64,000 nucleotides of DNA from Oculina patagonica (lineage: Eukaryota), in the NCBI RefSeq assembly GCF_052425735.1, contig NC_135770.1:4278001-4342000 (forward strand), written 5' to 3'. Positions 60,949 through 64,000 of this stretch are shown piece after piece (within the stretch, counting starts at the first letter, position 1; every line of letters starts with the position of its first letter). The notes below the pieces were generated by a model. The model made no database searches. It was not told where the DNA came from and saw only the letters and a program-made list of their open reading frames with translations. Both the position numbers and the translations under genes were made by a program.

Positions 60949-61821
60949 CTAAGTACATTTGCAGTGACTGGGTGGACAGTAGCCTGAAGCGCAATTTCTT
61001 CTGCACCAGTCATCGATGGATGCGTTCCCTGTGTGAGGACCTGTAGCTTTGCAACCGCCTGGATTAGGGGCGTTGGTGGGCGGAGGCTCGGTAGGCTTCT
61101 GAGTTGTGGGTTTTGGAGGCTGTTGCGTAGGAGGCAGGGGTTCTTGTGTAGGAGGCGGCGCCTGTGTTGTTGGAGGCGGGGGTACGCTTCCGTCGCTTTT
61201 AGTAATCCTGATGTCTGCACAGTTGACAAAATGTTCTTGTGGTCCTTTCCCCATTCCACAGTCACTCCCATCGCAGCCCCAGTTGTTACCAACCCTCCAC
61301 CACCACTGCATCACGCAGTGATCACATGTCAGCCCTGCGGGAAGCTTCAACTTGATCGTGAATACGTCGTTGCCGTGCGAGTTTATGTACCACTTCGTAT
61401 CACCATTGAGCTGCTGCTTCAAATCGTACGTCAGCTTCTCTTGAGTAATGGGAGGAGTGTCGATCTTGCCTACACGGAATATGAAGTATCCCTGATGGTT
61501 GGAGGTGACATCTACCACCACTTCAATATCTTGTCCTTCTATGTACGTCCTAGTGATGATTTTTGTCGCGTACGGTCCAGGGTGGACGTACTTGGGGTTT
61601 TTCAAATGGTACGCGTCGCCGCATACTCCACACTTGCCTTTGTTTGTGGACCATTGGACGTTGAACCCGCCGCAGTTCAGCTCGTTGTCCGTGTCTTGCC
61701 TCGGCGTTTCAAACCCGTACCTCCACGCTGCGTTTCGGCTGGGTGGGTCGATAAGACGGCCATGGCCCAAAACAAGGGCAATCAGATTTAGCGCAACAAA
61801 AACTCGAAACATTGGTGCCAT
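60949..61821 (-). CDS. Secreted AA15-type LPMO, copy 6 (290 aa)
   Basis: MAPMFRVFVALNLIALVLG|HGRLIDPPSRNAAWR; TSNHQG; QWWWRVGNNWGC; QEHFVNCADI; linker; 6-Cys module. Confidence 0.92.
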   Translation of the reverse strand: MAPMFRVFVALNLIALVLGHGRLIDPPSRNAAWRYGFETPRQDTDNELNCGGFNVQWSTNKGKCGVCGDAYHLKNPKYVHPGPYATKIITRTYIEGQDIEVVVDVTSNHQGYFIFRVGKIDTPPITQEKLTYDLKQQLNGDTKWYINSHGNDVFTIKLKLPAGLTCDHCVMQWWWRVGNNWGCDGSDCGMGKGPQEHFVNCADIRITKSDGSVPPPPTTQAPPPTQEPLPPTQQPPKPTTQKPTEPPPTNAPNPGGCKATGPHTGNASIDDWCRRNCASGYCPPSHCKCT

Positions 61822-63228
61822 CTTGCGCGCGTTTTGTCCTTAGCTTTTGTGATATGTTACTGACGCCAAATCAAATTATAGCTTTGCTGAAAACATTCAC
61901 GTGACCAGCTTTCGAAAGCTGTGTTTTCACAGCGTCAACGCAGCGGACAAGTGTACACACGAACTGCATAAAATCCACACAAGATGGTTGCAATGTTTTT
62001 GCACTTGTTTCGTTGGTAAATAACAGTGCCTGTCCAAATAGGAGAATTTTGAGCAGTTGACAAGTCAAATGCAGCTGAACTCACGTGAAAATCTTGTCTT
62101 GTTGCAGCTTGCCAACCCCTAAGAATGGAATGTCAATATGAAGGTATAGAGAAACTTTTCAAAAAAAGAAGTCCCTTCCATGTTAAGTCCGAGAGGTTTA
62201 CTTTCTTCACTAAGATAAAGCAAAAATAAAGCGCAAAGCGATAAAAACCGAAAGACAAATTCAATCGGTTTCGGCAAAGGTTTCAAACATGTTTAAAACC
62301 TCTGCGATATCGCGACGACAAAATCGCCTCTAGTGTACACCTGCTATTTTCATTGCGAGCATGTGAGTGCGAAAAAAGCTGGATTCAAAGCGCGACAAAA
62401 ATCGCATTGAAAATCGACTGTGTAAACGGGCTTTTTATGGTGAGTAAAGTTATTCACATCTCTTGTTTTACCTTTTAAACTTGAAACGGATCTTCAAGTG
62501 TTCTTTTTATTTGAGTGTTAAAAAAAAAGAAAACCCAAAGCAACAAAACTGCAACTACAAGAAACAGTTAGGGCTTTCCACAAGTTCCTCGGCAACTTTT
62601 TGGCAACTTCATGTTTCGAGCAACTTTTTTCCTCTCGAGCAACTTGTTGTATTTTGAGCAATTTCCAGACCGAAGATCTCCGAAGATTATCCGAGTGTTG
62701 TTCAAAGGCCATACGAACGTTTCCAAAAGTTTACGAAGTTTGCCGAATATTTTCGAGGAACATCTGAGGACATTTCAACTTTCGGCTCATTCTGCATTAA
62801 AACATTACAAAGCTCTTCAGCAAACATGGCGTCATCAATATCTTCACGATTTTTCTCAGCCGCATGTGTAAATATCTTCACGATTTTTCAGCTGCCGCAT
62901 GTGTAAATATTATTTAACAAGTTTTCCCCTTTATATGTTATTAAGATGCTTCTTATGCTGTAAAATTGCATAAGACTGCTTAGAAATCTTAACTTATTCT
63001 CAAAGGAAAAATTAGCATATATTTAGAAAAATTCTCTTGATTAGAAGCAGCGTTTTGGATTTCTTGGAGCAATTTTTATTATCAGAAGCAACTTTTTTTG
63101 ATTTTTGGAGCAACTATTGAGCAACTTTTTGAGAAATTAATTAGTGAAGAAACGCAACCAGCACGCACAAACCAGTGATAGATCGGCGGAAGAGGGCCTA
63201 AATTTTTGCCGTATTTGGGTTCATTTAA

Positions 63229-63813
63229 CCCTATTCAGACCGGGGGGGGGGGGCTTTTGAGGCCCGCGCTGACTTTGATCTTTTATAACTTTTTTAAGAT
63301 TTAACCAAACGCTGCCAAACTTTCTGAGTTTTCCTAAAATTTATCTGGCAACAATTTGGTGAGGTTGGATGATGCGTCAGGAACTTGACATCACCATGGC
63401 AACGGAATTTTGACAGGCATGTTTTCCCAAATTTGTAATTTTGCGTGTTTCTGTTAATAAAAATCAACTTAAATGAACCTATTTTTACATTTTTACGGGT
63501 TTAAAGCACATTTTTATTCATTTTGAGTACTTTGCAGTGATTTTGGGTGGTTTTCTGGCATTTTGGAAAAATTTTGAAATCCAAGATGGCGGATCCAAGA
63601 TGGCGGCTGTTTTGACATCATGATGTAATTGTCACGTGATGTGACGTCACAATCCCACGTGACGTATACCAAAAGAAAGAGTTTCGGACGTAAAATACAT
63701 CCTATAAGTTTCATGGTGATTGCTTAAATATTCTGGAAGTTACATAGAGGGGGCTTCCGAAGCCCCCCCCCCCCCGGTCTGAGAAGGTCCAAAAAAGCCC
63801 GGTCTGAATAGGG
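63229..63813. mobile_element. piggyBac-like MITE, copy 2 (longer)
   Basis: TTAA-ccctattcagaccggg ... cccggtctgaataggg-TTAA; interior matches 32162-32655. Confidence 0.85.
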
Positions 63814-64000
63814 TTAAAGGTAGCGTACTTTTTTGTCGACAATTATCCACTTGTATCTTGTTCAGGCGTTCGGTTAGTTGGGGACCGATCCACTTCCTGA
63901 CTTTTTGCGCCCTGTCATTACGAGGCCTGGGTTCTAGGTCAGCGGTTTTTAGAGCGCAAAAGGTAGGGACGTTATGTATGGGGAACTATTATGTCCCCAA

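Noticed and set aside
35230-61821. Bacterial contamination or recent horizontal transfer of AA10 LPMOs (intronless genes)
   Set aside because: The motifs are AA15-like (NELNCGG, CGVCGD, GNNWG, QETFVNCADI); AATAAA signals follow copies 1-3; the genes are interleaved with the same host repeat families as the rest of the window

Overview
AT-rich, intron-containing eukaryotic DNA with one assembly gap (54724-54864). The repeat content suggests an anthozoan or stony coral; this is an inference, not shown. There are three gene blocks. (1) Bases 1-16680 (+) hold the last 12 exons of a polycystin-1-like (PKD1L-type) receptor/channel: REJ, GAIN/GPS, PLAT and TM channel regions. Its last exon carries frameshifts. 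(2) Bases 18641-30068 (+) hold a complete 12-exon asparaginase-ankyrin gene (ASPG / 60-kDa lysophospholipase-like). It has a GC-AG intron, and its catalytic TGGT motif reads TGGA. (3) Bases 35230-61821 hold a cluster of six intronless, secreted AA15-type lytic polysaccharide monooxygenase (LPMO) genes: four on +, two on -, convergent. Five of the six end in a Pro/Thr linker and a 6-Cys C-terminal module; the sixth stops at the gap. The cluster also has an orphan upstream region of a probable lost seventh copy and a ~0.7-kb tandem repeat array upstream of one copy. Introns and spacers are full of MITEs, SINEs, LINE fragments, hairpin elements and two degenerate Penelope-type hammerhead motifs. 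All splice sites and coordinates were read by eye.
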